Under the pieces are notes generated by a model. That model saw nothing but the letters and a program-made list of their open reading frames with translations. It searched no databases and was not told the origin of the DNA. Both the position numbers and the translations under genes were made by a program. A stretch of 63,769 bases of DNA, counting the filler, from Octopus bimaculoides (taxonomy: Eukaryota), in NCBI RefSeq assembly GCF_001194135.2. It is 6 parts of 6 records of this genome, joined end to end, with 100 filler letters (N's around TTAATTAATTAA, not from the genome) between each part and the next. Parts side by side here need not be neighbours in the genome. Positions count along the whole stretch, not along the records: positions 9,127 to 17,365 come from NC_068984.1; positions 17,466 to 32,950 come from NC_068988.1; 4 more parts are not named here. The stretch is one strand, 5' to 3'. Each line of letters starts with the position of its first letter. The stretch's first letter is position 1. Positions 14,927 to 26,477 of this stretch are shown one piece after another.

Positions 14927-15038
14927 NNNNNNNNNNNNNNNNNNNNNNNNNNNNNNNNNNNNNNNNNNNNNNNNNNNNNNNNNNNNNNNNNNNNNNNNNN
15001 NNNNNNNNNNNNNNNNNNNNNNNTGTGTATGTGTGTGT

Positions 15039-15092
<54 letters not shown>

Positions 15093-15803
15093 ATACACAT
15101 ACACACACACACACGTATATATGTAATTCCTTTTTTGGAATAGTAGATCTCGAAGTACACATTAAGATGTAAATTAAAGCAAATAAATGACGTCGACAGT
15201 ATATACATTTGTGTGTGTGTGTTTATCTATGTATCTATGTATATACAAGCACACACATCTATATAAATGTATATATTTATGTATACATGTAAATACGTAG
15301 GTTTATATGTAACCACATGCTCACATATATACATACACACACGCACATTCACACATACACATACTCTTATAAACATTTATATACGTATAATCTATGAGCA
15401 TGAATATCCATAATCATCTATAATTTTAAATAAATATAAAAATATACTCAATATCCTCGTCAATAAAATATATTGTTGTCAAGGCCAGATGCGGTTGATT
15501 ACAATGCTATCATATTTATTCTAATTTTAAAAATGTCATTAAAAGGTCAGTTCTTTTTTTTTTATCTCTTGCTTTAATATTTATAATTACATTTCCACAA
15601 TAAACGTAATTACATTTTTCCGTATATTTAATAACATTTTCTTTAATGCAGCTTCGTAGGATTACATCTAATTCAAGGTGACCTTCGAATATAAAAAGAC
15701 TTCCCACCTCTACTCTTCATTAGCATGTATTCGGTAATGTCTTCCGCTTTCATTTACAAACCATATAACATTTAGATCTATAAATAATATAAATGTGTGT
15801 GTA

Positions 15804-15875
<72 letters not shown>

Positions 15876-15994
15876 GTATTTATACATTAATTTTTTCTTT
15901 TTTTTACACCTGTCTAAAAATGAGTTTCCTTTATGTGACGTGTCTGTGTTTTACAATTTAACAGTTCGGCCATATGTATAGATTAAATGAATTG

Positions 15995-16295
15995 GTTGTT
16001 CCTTCTCGAACCACGCCTGGCTCACAAACGCCGGTTTCCCCGGTTTCATTGGCGTATAGATTCCCCACCTGGACGGGACGCCGGTCCGTCGGAGGTGAGC
16101 TGCTAGATGCAGGAGGAAAGATGCAGAAAGAAAGTTGTGGCGAAGGCGTCAGCAGAAGTTCGCCATTACCTTCTGCCAGGGCCGCGTAGAGCTTAGGTGC
16201 TTCGTTCATAAACACACACATCGCCCTGTCTGAGATTCGAACCCGCGATCCCTCGATCGCGAATCCGCTGCTCTAACCACTAGGCCATGTGCCTC
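15995..16295 (-). mobile_element. tRNA-derived SINE family D
   Basis: Minus strand: A box TGGCCTAGTGG and B box GGGTTCGAATC, followed by a GC-rich body (CGTCCCGTCCAGG..GAAACCGG). Confidence 0.8.
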
Positions 16296-16348
16296 AAAGA
16301 TTAAATGAATACCATAGTTTAATAAGCCCCGGGATGATTCGTCTAAAG

Positions 16349-16739
16349 CAAGTGTTCTCAACTATTTTTTAACCTATGGACCTCTTTGATTATCGTTTTA
16401 TTCCGGTGGACAGCCATAGACATTCGATGTTTAAAAACTAGTCCCATAAACACTTCTTTTAAAATTCCTATTTTGTATTCCACACATTCACTTGTGCAAG
16501 TTTGCAATGGAACTCTCTGAGAGAACGCACTCCAGTGACCAGAAACATGTTGAACTATGTGAAACGTGAGAGAAAGAGCTTTAGTTGTTTCTCGCAATAT
16601 ATACAACTAATACAAAAATTCTTCATGAACCCTGAAAATACTACTGTAGATCCCCAATTTACTATTTTGCTTACTTGGACCCCCTAAATTTTTATATGGA
16701 CTTCTATGGGGTCGCATGGATCCCAGTTGAGAACTACTG
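16349..16739. mobile_element. hAT/Charlie-type MITE
   Basis: TIRs CAAGTGTTCTCAAC / GTTGAGAACTACTG; perfect 8-bp TSD GTCTAAAG at 16341-16348 and 16740-16747. Confidence 0.9.
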
Positions 16740-16815
16740 GTCTAAAGCCAGGAAAGTATGATTCATCATAGACCAATTACTGAAACTAGTGAAAGAATGT
16801 GTGTGTGCGTGCGTG

Positions 16816-16886
<71 letters not shown>

Positions 16887-16888
16887 AT

Positions 16889-17060
16889 CAACTACGAATG
16901 AAAAGCAGCGCTAGTGTTGTAAACATTATCGAACACACATACTCTGCTTGTTCGCTGGTCCGCTGCCGTACAGCGCTCTGGTAATGACTCAAAACATATA
17001 CATTGAATATGTGCAGTCGATAACGTTTACAACACTAGCGCTGCTTTTAATTCGTAATTG
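16889..17060. repeat. Palindromic foldback element (MITE-like) with ~44-bp arms
   Basis: CAACTACGAATGAAAAGCAGCGCTAGTGTTGTAAACATTATCGA pairs with 17017-17060; the central 24 bp are perfect. Confidence 0.85.
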
Positions 17061-17557
17061 AATTCCATCTTACGTATACATCGTTGTGACAAACCAGCAA
17101 ACGATTCTTATTATTATTTGTATTTAGTCATAGACTGGCGATTCAGTTTGAGCCCGGTTCGATTCAGGTACTTGATGTTTTTCAGGTGTTTTAACATCCA
17201 GCGTTATGAGGGGTTCGTCCCCAGAGCACTACTGCAGCAAACGTACAAGGATGCATATATATATGTATATACATATACACATATGTGTACATATGTATAC
17301 ACACACACACACACACATATATATATATGTATATGTATATATGTATATATATATATATATATATANNNNNNNNNNNNNNNNNNNNNNNNNNNNNNNNNNN
17401 NNNNNNNNNTTAATTAATTAANNNNNNNNNNNNNNNNNNNNNNNNNNNNNNNNNNNNNNNNNNNNTATACATATATACATATATATATATACCAACATAT
17501 TTACTAGGTAAATATATATTTGTATGTGTGGGTGTATGCATGTAACAACAACAATAA

Positions 17558-17598
<41 letters not shown>

Positions 17599-17792
17599 GC
17601 ATCTATGTATAAACATAGTTTGAAAAGTGGCGAATGAGAAAATGAGAAATTAGTAAAATAATGGCTACTGTTTCATTTTGAATTCTTATAATTAACTTCC
17701 AGAAACTTAAAAGACTTGTTTTCTGCTTAACATCTTTTAAACAATTTCTTTCTTTGTTAATTTATGATCTTTTTTTTTTTATTCTTTTAAAG

Positions 17793-17913
17793 GAGAAAAT
17801 GCTTGTGACACAGATAACAATCAGCAGACGCTGTTTTGACCTGAAGTGCACTGAGTGCCAATAAACGGTCTGGATAAATGGTTGAACAAGAGTCATAGTT
17901 TATCAGCTCTTGG
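17793..17913 (+). other. Candidate non-coding exon
   Basis: T-rich tract + AAG acceptor and TGG|GTAAGG donor; stops in all three frames. Confidence 0.3.
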
Positions 17914-18602
17914 GTAAGGTGAAGCAGTAGTGAAAAGAAGATGGTGATGGTGGTGGGATGTTTGTGTTTATTTTCTTCGTATTAATTTTTTCTTTGTTTT
18001 ATTTTCAGATCTTTGCTTTATTTCAATTATTTTTGATTTTTCTACGTTGCTAATGATATCTTGTTTCATCCTCAACATCTCACACTATCACCAGCACCAG
18101 CACCCCCACCTCCAGCATCATCATCACCAGTTTCGTCAACTTAGAAAATAACATCCTTTTGGGGAAACGTTTAACCATTTAAGACCAGGCTATCATCAAT
18201 TGTGGAAAACCTGAAAGACAATCACTGATTTAACATCTTTTAAATATCAAGATTTTATGATTTGTAAACGAGTTTCATCTCGTATGCGCAATCAGTTTGG
18301 CTAATCATGTAACATTTTGTTCGGAAATAGAATAAAAGGAAAATCAATGAACAGATAGATAAGTGAGGGGAATCCTGCACTAATTATACATTTCTCTTCA
18401 AGTGTATTGTTTAATTAATATTAATTTGTTTCTCTATTTAGCAATTTTGCAAACATCACGAGCTCACTGCATTAACTGTGGGAGGAGTTTCAGGCAAAGT
18501 GTCAGTAAAATATCTCTTACTCCTGTAATTTTTGCACTGAGTACCTATACGTGTGTGTGTTTATGTGTGTGTTCATCTCCCTCCATCTCTCTCTTACTCT
18601 CT

Positions 18603-18641
<39 letters not shown>

Positions 18642-18757
18642 NNNNNNNNNNNNNNNNNNNNNNNNNNNNNNNNNNNNNNNNNNNNNNNNNNNNNNNNNNN
18701 NNNNNNNNNNNNNNNNNNNNNNNNNNNNNNNNNNNNNNNNNNNNNNNNNNNNNNNNN

Positions 18758-19130
18758 ACCCCTAGGGGTGGATGTTACTGTTGCTTTTAGCCCCAGGAGG
18801 ACATCTCCTCCAGCTGGCTTATCGACACACGACTGTGTCCTGTTTGCCAAGGGTAGTTATCCCTCTCACCAACATCTGCAGCACGAACGGATCCGGATTT
18901 CAGGGTTATTTCCCTTCGTCGGCGTCCGATAGCCGCTGACCTTGGTGAGAGAGACAAAAACCTGGCAATCTTATATCTTCTTTTCAAGTGAAATTCTTCA
19001 CTGATATCGAAAAGGTGAAAACAAGCAATGTTAATTCTCTAAATGAAGTATTAACAGTAACTGCACGATAAAGTGTAGTATATTGCCACTTAAGTGTGGC
19101 TGACCCCTAGGGGTGGATGTTACTGTTGCT
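18758..19130 (-). mobile_element. 345-bp structured unit with terminal direct repeats (Penelope pLTR or retrozyme-like)
   Basis: 28-bp direct repeat ACCCCTAGGGGTGGATGTTACTGTTGCT at 18758-18785 and 19103-19130; many hairpins; internal hammerhead motif. Confidence 0.6.
18884..18928 (-). ncRNA. Minimal type I hammerhead ribozyme, U4C variant
   Basis: Minus strand reads CGGACG-CCGACGA-AGGG aaataa CCCT-GAAA-TCCGGA-TC-CGTTCG: 6-bp stem I, 4-bp stem II, palindromic stem III. Confidence 0.75.
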
Positions 19131-19236
19131 TATATATATAAATAAAAAAATATACATACATTGCATATAATGCGTTGTAATCCAAATGGTATCGTCATGA
19201 AGTATATCTGCACGTTCACATTAATCGGATGTATGT

Positions 19237-19660
19237 ATTGGGTCATCCCATAAATAATGCGGTTTTTTTTTAATACGTCTTTTATTTTTCAAAATTAAGA
19301 TAAACAAAGTTCGTTTTTAATCTCTCCTTCCAAAATTCACTTGTCCATGACAAAAAATACTCCTCCAGTACTGTTCTGACCTCGTCTACAGAATTCATAT
19401 ATTTTCCGTTCGAATAATTTTGAAAACTGCGGAATAAAGGATAATCAGATGGGGCAATGTCTGGCGAATATGGTGGGTGAGGCATCGTTTCCCATTCAAA
19501 CTGCTCCAGCCTTTGGAATGTCATCCTCCCTGTATGTAGCCGAGCATTATCCTGATGGAAGAACAACTTTCGTCTTGAAACCAAAGATGGTCGTTTTTTT
19601 TCTAGCACTGACTTAAGCCACTCATGTTGGTCGCAGTAGATCTCCTTTGTTAATATATTA
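19237..19660 (-). mobile_element. Mariner transposase 3' fragment with TIR
   Basis: FHQDNARLH and HPPYSPDIAPSDYPLFRS motifs; TIR-like TATTGGGTCATCCCATAAATAATGCGG at 19237. Confidence 0.9.
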
Positions 19661-20683
19661 CCAACTCCTCTCCTTTCACATAATATATATAAAACATACA
19701 TGTTTATAATTTTACACAAAGCAAGTACTCCAGAAATTATCTAAAGGTTTTCCTATTTCCAGCTAAGATCTACACAAAAGATTTTCTAATATAAGTGCAC
19801 AACTTACATTCACACACATCAAAATATGTATTTGCATGTAAGAGAGTGGAAAGATTCTTTTCCGTTTTTAACTTTTTCAATTTTTTTTTCTTTTTTAAAT
19901 TAAAAATTAAAAAAAAAATAATTTCAATTATTTTTTGAAATTAAATTTTACATTTATTCGTATTTTCATACATGAATATATACACACCTCGTATAATGCC
20001 CCACTTTGCTTAAAATAATATATTATAAAGCACTTAAAATGATATATTATAAAATACTCTAGATTGAAACAGATTGAAGATATATATATCTGTATATATG
20101 CACATATCCACAAACTCTACCTCCATAAAACACAATCAAATTGCTTATAGAACAATGTACACCTACAAAGATATATAGTAACCCTAAATCTTTACATCTA
20201 CGCAAGCCCTTTTGTTAATATAAAAACACATAATATACTATTTTCTGTACAAACAACCCGTGATATTCCCTACTTATAACCCTCAGGAAATACTCCACAT
20301 AACAACATCAAGTGAAGAAGCTCATCAGCTAAGACGTACCACCTACATACATTCTTTTGTAATCTAAAAAAAATTTCATTACACAATGTTGACACTCCCA
20401 ATTACTACGGTTTGAAATACTGGACTTTGTACTTTTGACCTTTACATTGTCAAAAACAAAGAAATAAATCTAATAAAAGTAAAATAACTACCTAACTAAA
20501 GAGAACACACTTAAATATGTACACACGCTTATAGAGTTGTGCATACGTGAATAAGTTCTAAACAATAATATAACCCCAATTAAAATTTCTCCAAAACGCC
20601 TCTCCTAAACGACCCACCTCAAAACCTAATTACCACTCCACTCAAACCCACACCACACACATATACATACATATAATTTGAAT

Positions 20684-21270
20684 GACCAGCAGGATATTAG
20701 AGAAGGAAAGCTTTCCGCAGAAGTAGATTCACTTAAATGCCTGGCTTGCTTACTAGAAGTTGTCGATAGCTGTTCTAACCAAAATGTTATTACGAAGATG
20801 CAAGTGAGCTGGAGAGGAGAAAGTATTTAGAATAATAGCAAGTGAAGAAAAGTTGAAGTCTCTATTATCAATGCGGACAAGAAAGGTATTCTCTCCTCAG
20901 GATCAAAGGTATATTGTATTATTCTTGTATTAGATCGGAAATGCTGCATGTTTGCAAAATGTGGGCTTTGACTGCAGAAAATTTGCAAAGACTTGAAAGG
21001 AATGAAGACAGTATGCTCCAAATGATGTACAGTGTTAATGTGCATGAACCTTAGAAGAAAAATGAGCTGAGAAAAGAACATGGTGCATACAGAATCAGGT
21101 GTAGATCAGAAGAGGGAAAGCTGCATTGATATGGATGATATCTACTGAAGATGGCTGTGAATTGTGTCAAACATTTCAAGTTAGTGGAAATGGCTGAAGA
21201 AAGCTTGGAAGAAAGCTAACCTAAGGAGGATGCATTTAATTGAGGTGACCAGAAAGGAATTGTGATATAT
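20684..21270 (+). mobile_element. Degenerate RTE LINE 3' fragment
   Basis: LRIKGILYYSCIRSEMLH, WALTAENLQRLERNEDSMLQMM and LH*YG remnants of the RTE post-RT region. Confidence 0.75.
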
Positions 21271-21616
21271 ATTGTTGTAAAGTGGTTGTCAAACAGGCAA
21301 GGAATCTAGCAGTAGAAACAAAAATCATGTGATCTGTACGAGATTAATGACTCGGATGTACATAAATATGCATGCATATGCATATAAACTATATATGCAT
21401 ATACATATATGCATGAATGCATACACACACACATACATATACACGGTACAGGTTGAATGGCAAAAGTGGATATCAGCTCAGATAGCCAGAACAATACTTG
21501 CAATCTATTCTATACATTAATGGCATGGCAATGTGTCTCATATATACATGCATACATCCACCTGTAGAGACATATTTTATGCGTATGTGTGTGTGCGTGC
21601 ATTTATCTTTGAATAG

Positions 21617-21686
21617 GTCTCACTGATGAAATGGTTCTTGCGTAATTATTACATTACGTAAGGATTACTGAAACAGTTGTAGGAAT
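21617..21686 (+). ncRNA. Minimal type I hammerhead ribozyme, intact core, weak stem I
   Basis: CTGATGA 21623-29; 17-bp stem II with 1 mismatch and several G-U pairs; GAAA 21670-73; stem III ACAGTTGT; GUA cleavage triplet. Confidence 0.7.
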
Positions 21687-21990
21687 GAACGTTTAAAAAT
21701 ATGATTGATATCATGTTTCGTTTGTCCTTTCACACATACACACACACATATGTATGAGTGTCTACATATACATACATACATACACGTGTGTGTATACTTA
21801 TATGTATGCATAAATACATGTATATTTGTAGACAGGTATACGCATGGTAACTCAATACAAGTTAAACAAATAGCTGAAAATATACTTTCTTTCTTCCCAG
21901 AATCCATAGTAATTGATATTTAAATCTCTTTTATTTCAAAAAGTAATACTATTTCAAAAATTATGCTTTGTAAATCTGGACTTATGCACC

Positions 21991-22024
<34 letters not shown>

Positions 22025-23195
22025 TAATAAAATTAGCAAGATAAACAATCAAATAAAATTCTTGTGGAAGTAAATCGTTATGAACAGAGTAACAAAGACT
22101 CAAGAAAAATCATTTACGAAAGCGAAGAGATGGAAATAGGAATTACGTCTTACATTATGCAACATTGTTGCCTATCGATATATACGTAAGCAAAAACAGA
22201 CAAAATAATACTATATAAAAAGTACATAAAATAATATGCTGAGTAAATATATGAACAAGAAAATAAAATGATAAATAGATAAATATTCCCATTCATTAAA
22301 AGCTTCTTTAATCGGAATTTTAATATAGCATGATCAGAAAGAAACCATGCACATAGAAACTCCCCCACACATACGCCAAAATGTAGATGCACACTCGAAC
22401 ATACAGATGTACACATTCATACACACACACTCTGACAGAGGGATACATACCCGCATAAGATATAACGTGGGAGTTTGAACTCTTATTTTTGCCTAGAATT
22501 AAGTATATGCCTTATCATGTATATTTCCTTTAATTAATGAACCACATTCAAAGGCCACTCACATACAGGTATATGCATATACTCATTTACTATTTGCTTA
22601 TATATATATATAAACATGTAAGGATTATGCATATATGCATATGTGCATAAACATAAATATGTGTATGTATACGTATGTGGATGCAAAGTTATTTGTAATT
22701 ACAGGTATAATTATATTACATGGTTTCATGTGAGAAGTAGCATAAATAATTATCTTATACGTGTAGGTAAAAATATATTATGTATGTATATACATGTATA
22801 TACATTTGTGTGTGTATATACGTATATATATACATACATACACATACGCACACACATATGGACGACGATGTGTACGTGTGGATGTGGGATTTTATGAGCG
22901 TATGCCTGGATCAGATTAATGTCTCTTTCAAGAAACCGAATTACGCATGTATGCGTGCGCGTGTGCATGTGCGTGCATATAAGTATATACGCAGGTGAAT
23001 GTTTTTGTACCTGATTATGTGCTCTCTTGAAATGTAAGATAATTGTGTTGTATGTAATATTAATACTCGGATTGATGGAGTTTTAATGAATGTAGTTATT
23101 TAAGTCTTTTTATCTGTTCATTAACTTTTTGAATATTTATTTTTTATTTCTTTATATACCAAATTTATATATGCGGATAATATATATATATGTAT

Positions 23196-23608
23196 ACTCT
23201 TTTACTTGTTTCAGTCATTTGATTGTGGCCATGCTGGAGCACCGCTTTTAGTCGAACAAGTCGACCCCCAGGACTTATTCTTTGTAAGCCTAGTACTTAT
23301 TCTATCAGTCTCTTTTGCCGAACAGCTATGTTACGGAGACGAGAACACACCAGCATCAGTTGTCAAGCAATGCTAGGGGGACAAACACAGACACACAAAC
23401 ATATGCACATACATACATACACACACACACATATATATATATACATATACATATATATACGACGGGCTTCTTTCAGTCTACCAAATCCACTCACAAGGCA
23501 TTGGTCGGCCCGAGGCTATAGTAGAAGACACTTGCCCAAGGTGCCACGCAGTGAGACTGAACCCAGAACCATGTGGTTCATAAGTAAGCTACTTACCACA
23601 CAGCCTCT
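23196..23608 (-). mobile_element. SINE family A, full length
   Basis: Same head, core and 3' half as the 13902-14299 copy. Confidence 0.9.
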
Positions 23609-24559
23609 CCAACGCCTATTGTGTGCATGTACACACACATCTTTACATCCAGCTTATCATGGATGCCTTGTTAGAACACTAAATAGAGAATTATTACCTT
23701 GAGAGAACCTCATATAGGTGCTTGGTGCATAAAAGCACAAACATAGATTTAGCAGACGACAATCATCTGCCACGGGCGATGGAACTCCCATGCCACGTGA
23801 TTTCATTCAAGTAGAAATCCTCAGGGTGGTGGTGGGGCATCCGGTCACTGCATGCCAGTCAAATCTTGCTGCTTCGGCGATTATGGCAAACGATTCTCCT
23901 CTGTTACAGTCAATGTGTGTGCTTTTATGTGCCAGATTTGATTCCTATCAGTTTATCGACAGTAACAAGGCAACATTTTTATCGAAATTGTCCATTTAAA
24001 ATGCCACCTTTAACCTCTTCACAGACAAATTATTTCCTAGAGTGCATTTTGAATCGTATTTTTTTTTTTTACGTTTTTACTTAAAATGAAAGCCTTTTAT
24101 TTCATATTGTAGTAAACATTCTCAATTTAACAATCTTTGATCTTCTTACAAATACATGATACACAATAGCAATGTATTCATGCAATCACGAAAAATCTCG
24201 TTTTATCTGTAAATACATTAATTTAATGATTGCAATTTTAAAAATAGGTGGGGAGTGAAAGATACGAAAGAGTTCAATATATTCTATTCGCAAGAAACAG
24301 GAGTCATTTTTCAGGAAATTTTAGAAACAGGGAATTACTCATAGGGGAACGTTACAGATTGGACACACGATCTCCTATTGTAATTCTTTGCGAACGTTCC
24401 CTCGTTACTCCCTTGTTTCGTTGCATTGTCTTGTTGGGTAATTCTTCTCAGTAGCAAGATTACGTATAGAAAATGTGCAGGTGGTAAATGAGCATGATTA
24501 GATGTCCACAATTTTCCAGCTTATGGATGTGGAACAAAATGGTTGATATTACCTGATAG

Positions 24560-25480
24560 TTTATCTTGTCAGCTGTAATCTATATTGCAGAAAAGAAAGA
24601 GGTTTGTTCGAGCAGATGTTGTATCGTTGTTGTGATTATCTTTGTCCTCCGTGTACACATCGATTTTGCTGGTCCCATAAACAGTTCACACTACTTAGCG
24701 GTAGTAAATGGCCAGAAATTTGTGTATAAAGACAATCACCTCAACTATATCAAACTTTCTATATGAGCTCTTTGCGACATTTGGTGTCAAAGACACTATA
24801 GTGTCTGCCAATGGAAAGCAATTCGTATCTTTTGAGTTTAAAAAATTTTGTAAAACGTTCGTTGAATAACATGTAACTACTGTGCCATACCATTCCAGAT
24901 CTAACGGACAAACAGAACGCTTTGTCGATATGATCAAGAGAGCCCTAAGAAAGTCGAATAAGGAAGTCAGGGAGGAGGTAGCTGTACAACAATTCTTAAA
25001 GGTAAACGTGTGACACCAAATCCCAAAACACCAGCAAGCATGTCACTAGCTTGGATGATGTTTGCGAGGAAAACAGAACAAGTCTTCGACAAATTATTAC
25101 CTGGTAAGAAAAGAAAAATTGCAATGGATAATACAGCAAGATATTTCAAAATTGGTGAAAATGTATTTGTTAGGGAATATAAGGACGAAAAACAAAGTTG
25201 GGAAGATAAGAAGTAGAGGATATAAGAACGGAAAACAAAGTTGGAAAGATGACGTAATTACCAAACGCATAGGAAAAATGTTATACTTGCTAAAAGGAAG
25301 AACATGAGTATACAAGAGACACATGAATCAACTAAACAAAATGATTCGTTGAGAGCGAACCCAAAGGAATGGAAGAACCTGTGGAATGGTTATATGATAC
25401 CTTTCAAGTACCAATGCCACCACAAATGATTTCACCCAAATGCATAAGCGAAAAATAAAGAAAATGTACGAAGAATTGTT
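24560..25480 (+). mobile_element. Degenerate Ty3/Gypsy integrase fragment
   Basis: RVHIDFAGP, IVSANGKQF (SDNG-like), PYHSRSNGQTERFV and TPNPKTP remnants. Confidence 0.85.
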
Positions 25481-26411
25481 TTATTACCCACAAGGGGCGA
25501 CATAGAGGGGACGATACAACCTGATTTGGGGTCAGATGAAAACGGATGAATTAACAGAAACATGCATTTAAAAATTTTACAATGAAATCGAATTATAATC
25601 GGATGATGCGACAGACCGGAAGACATTACGGATGGAGTGGTAAGGCGGGTTTAGCNNNNNNNNNNNNNNNNNNNNNNNNNNNNNNNNNNNNNNNNNNNNN
25701 NNNNNNNNNNNNNNNNNNNNNNNNNNNNNNNNNNNNNNNNNNNNNNNNNNNNNNNNNNNNNNNNNNNNNNNNNNNNNNNNNNNNNNNNNNNNNNNNNNNN
25801 NNNNNNNNNNNNNNNNNNNNNNNNNNNNNNNNNNNNNNNNNNNNNNNNNNNNNNNNNNNNNNNNNNNNNNNNNNNNNNNNNNNNNNNNNNNNNNNNNNNN
25901 NNNNNNNNNNNNNNNNNNNNNNNNNNNNNNNNNNNNNNNNNNNNNNNNNNNNNNNNNNNNNNNNNNNNNNNNNNNNNNNNNNNNNNNNNNNNNNNNNNNN
26001 NNNNNNNNNNNNNNNNNNNNNNNNNNNNNNNNNNNNNNNNNNNNNNNNNNNNNNNNNNNNNNNNNNNNNNNNNNNNNNNNNNNNNNNNNNNNNNNNNNNN
26101 NNNNNNNNNNNNNNNNNNNNNNNNNNNNNNNNNNNNNNNNNNNNNNNNNNNNNNNNNNNNNNNNNNNNNNNNNNNNNNNNNNNNNNNNNNNNNNNNNNNN
26201 NNNNNNNNNNNNNNNNNNNNNNNNNNNNNNNNNNNNNNNNNNNNNNNNNNNNNNNNNNNNNNNNNNNNNNNNNNNNNNNNNNNNNNNNNNNNNNNNNNNN
26301 NNNNNNNNNNNNNNNATAAAACAAGAAAAAAATCAAGAAAGGGAGACTGGGCAATGTAAAAATAATTGCTAATAAAAAGATATGAAATTACACTCTCTAA
26401 GAAAAAAAAAA

Positions 26412-26477
26412 CTTAAAAGGGAAGATGTTAGGGGAATAATGACGATAATGGAACACCCCTCCCACGTGACGAGTGTA
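26412..26477 (+). mobile_element. Probable Gypsy polypurine tract and start of 3' LTR
   Basis: TTAAAAGGGAAGA followed directly by TGTTAGGGG, downstream of the integrase across a gap. Confidence 0.45.

Noticed and set aside
18770-18812. HDV-like ribozyme P1/P3 pairing on the plus strand
   Set aside because: No GG for P1.1, wrong L3, and no P2 or J4/2 match.
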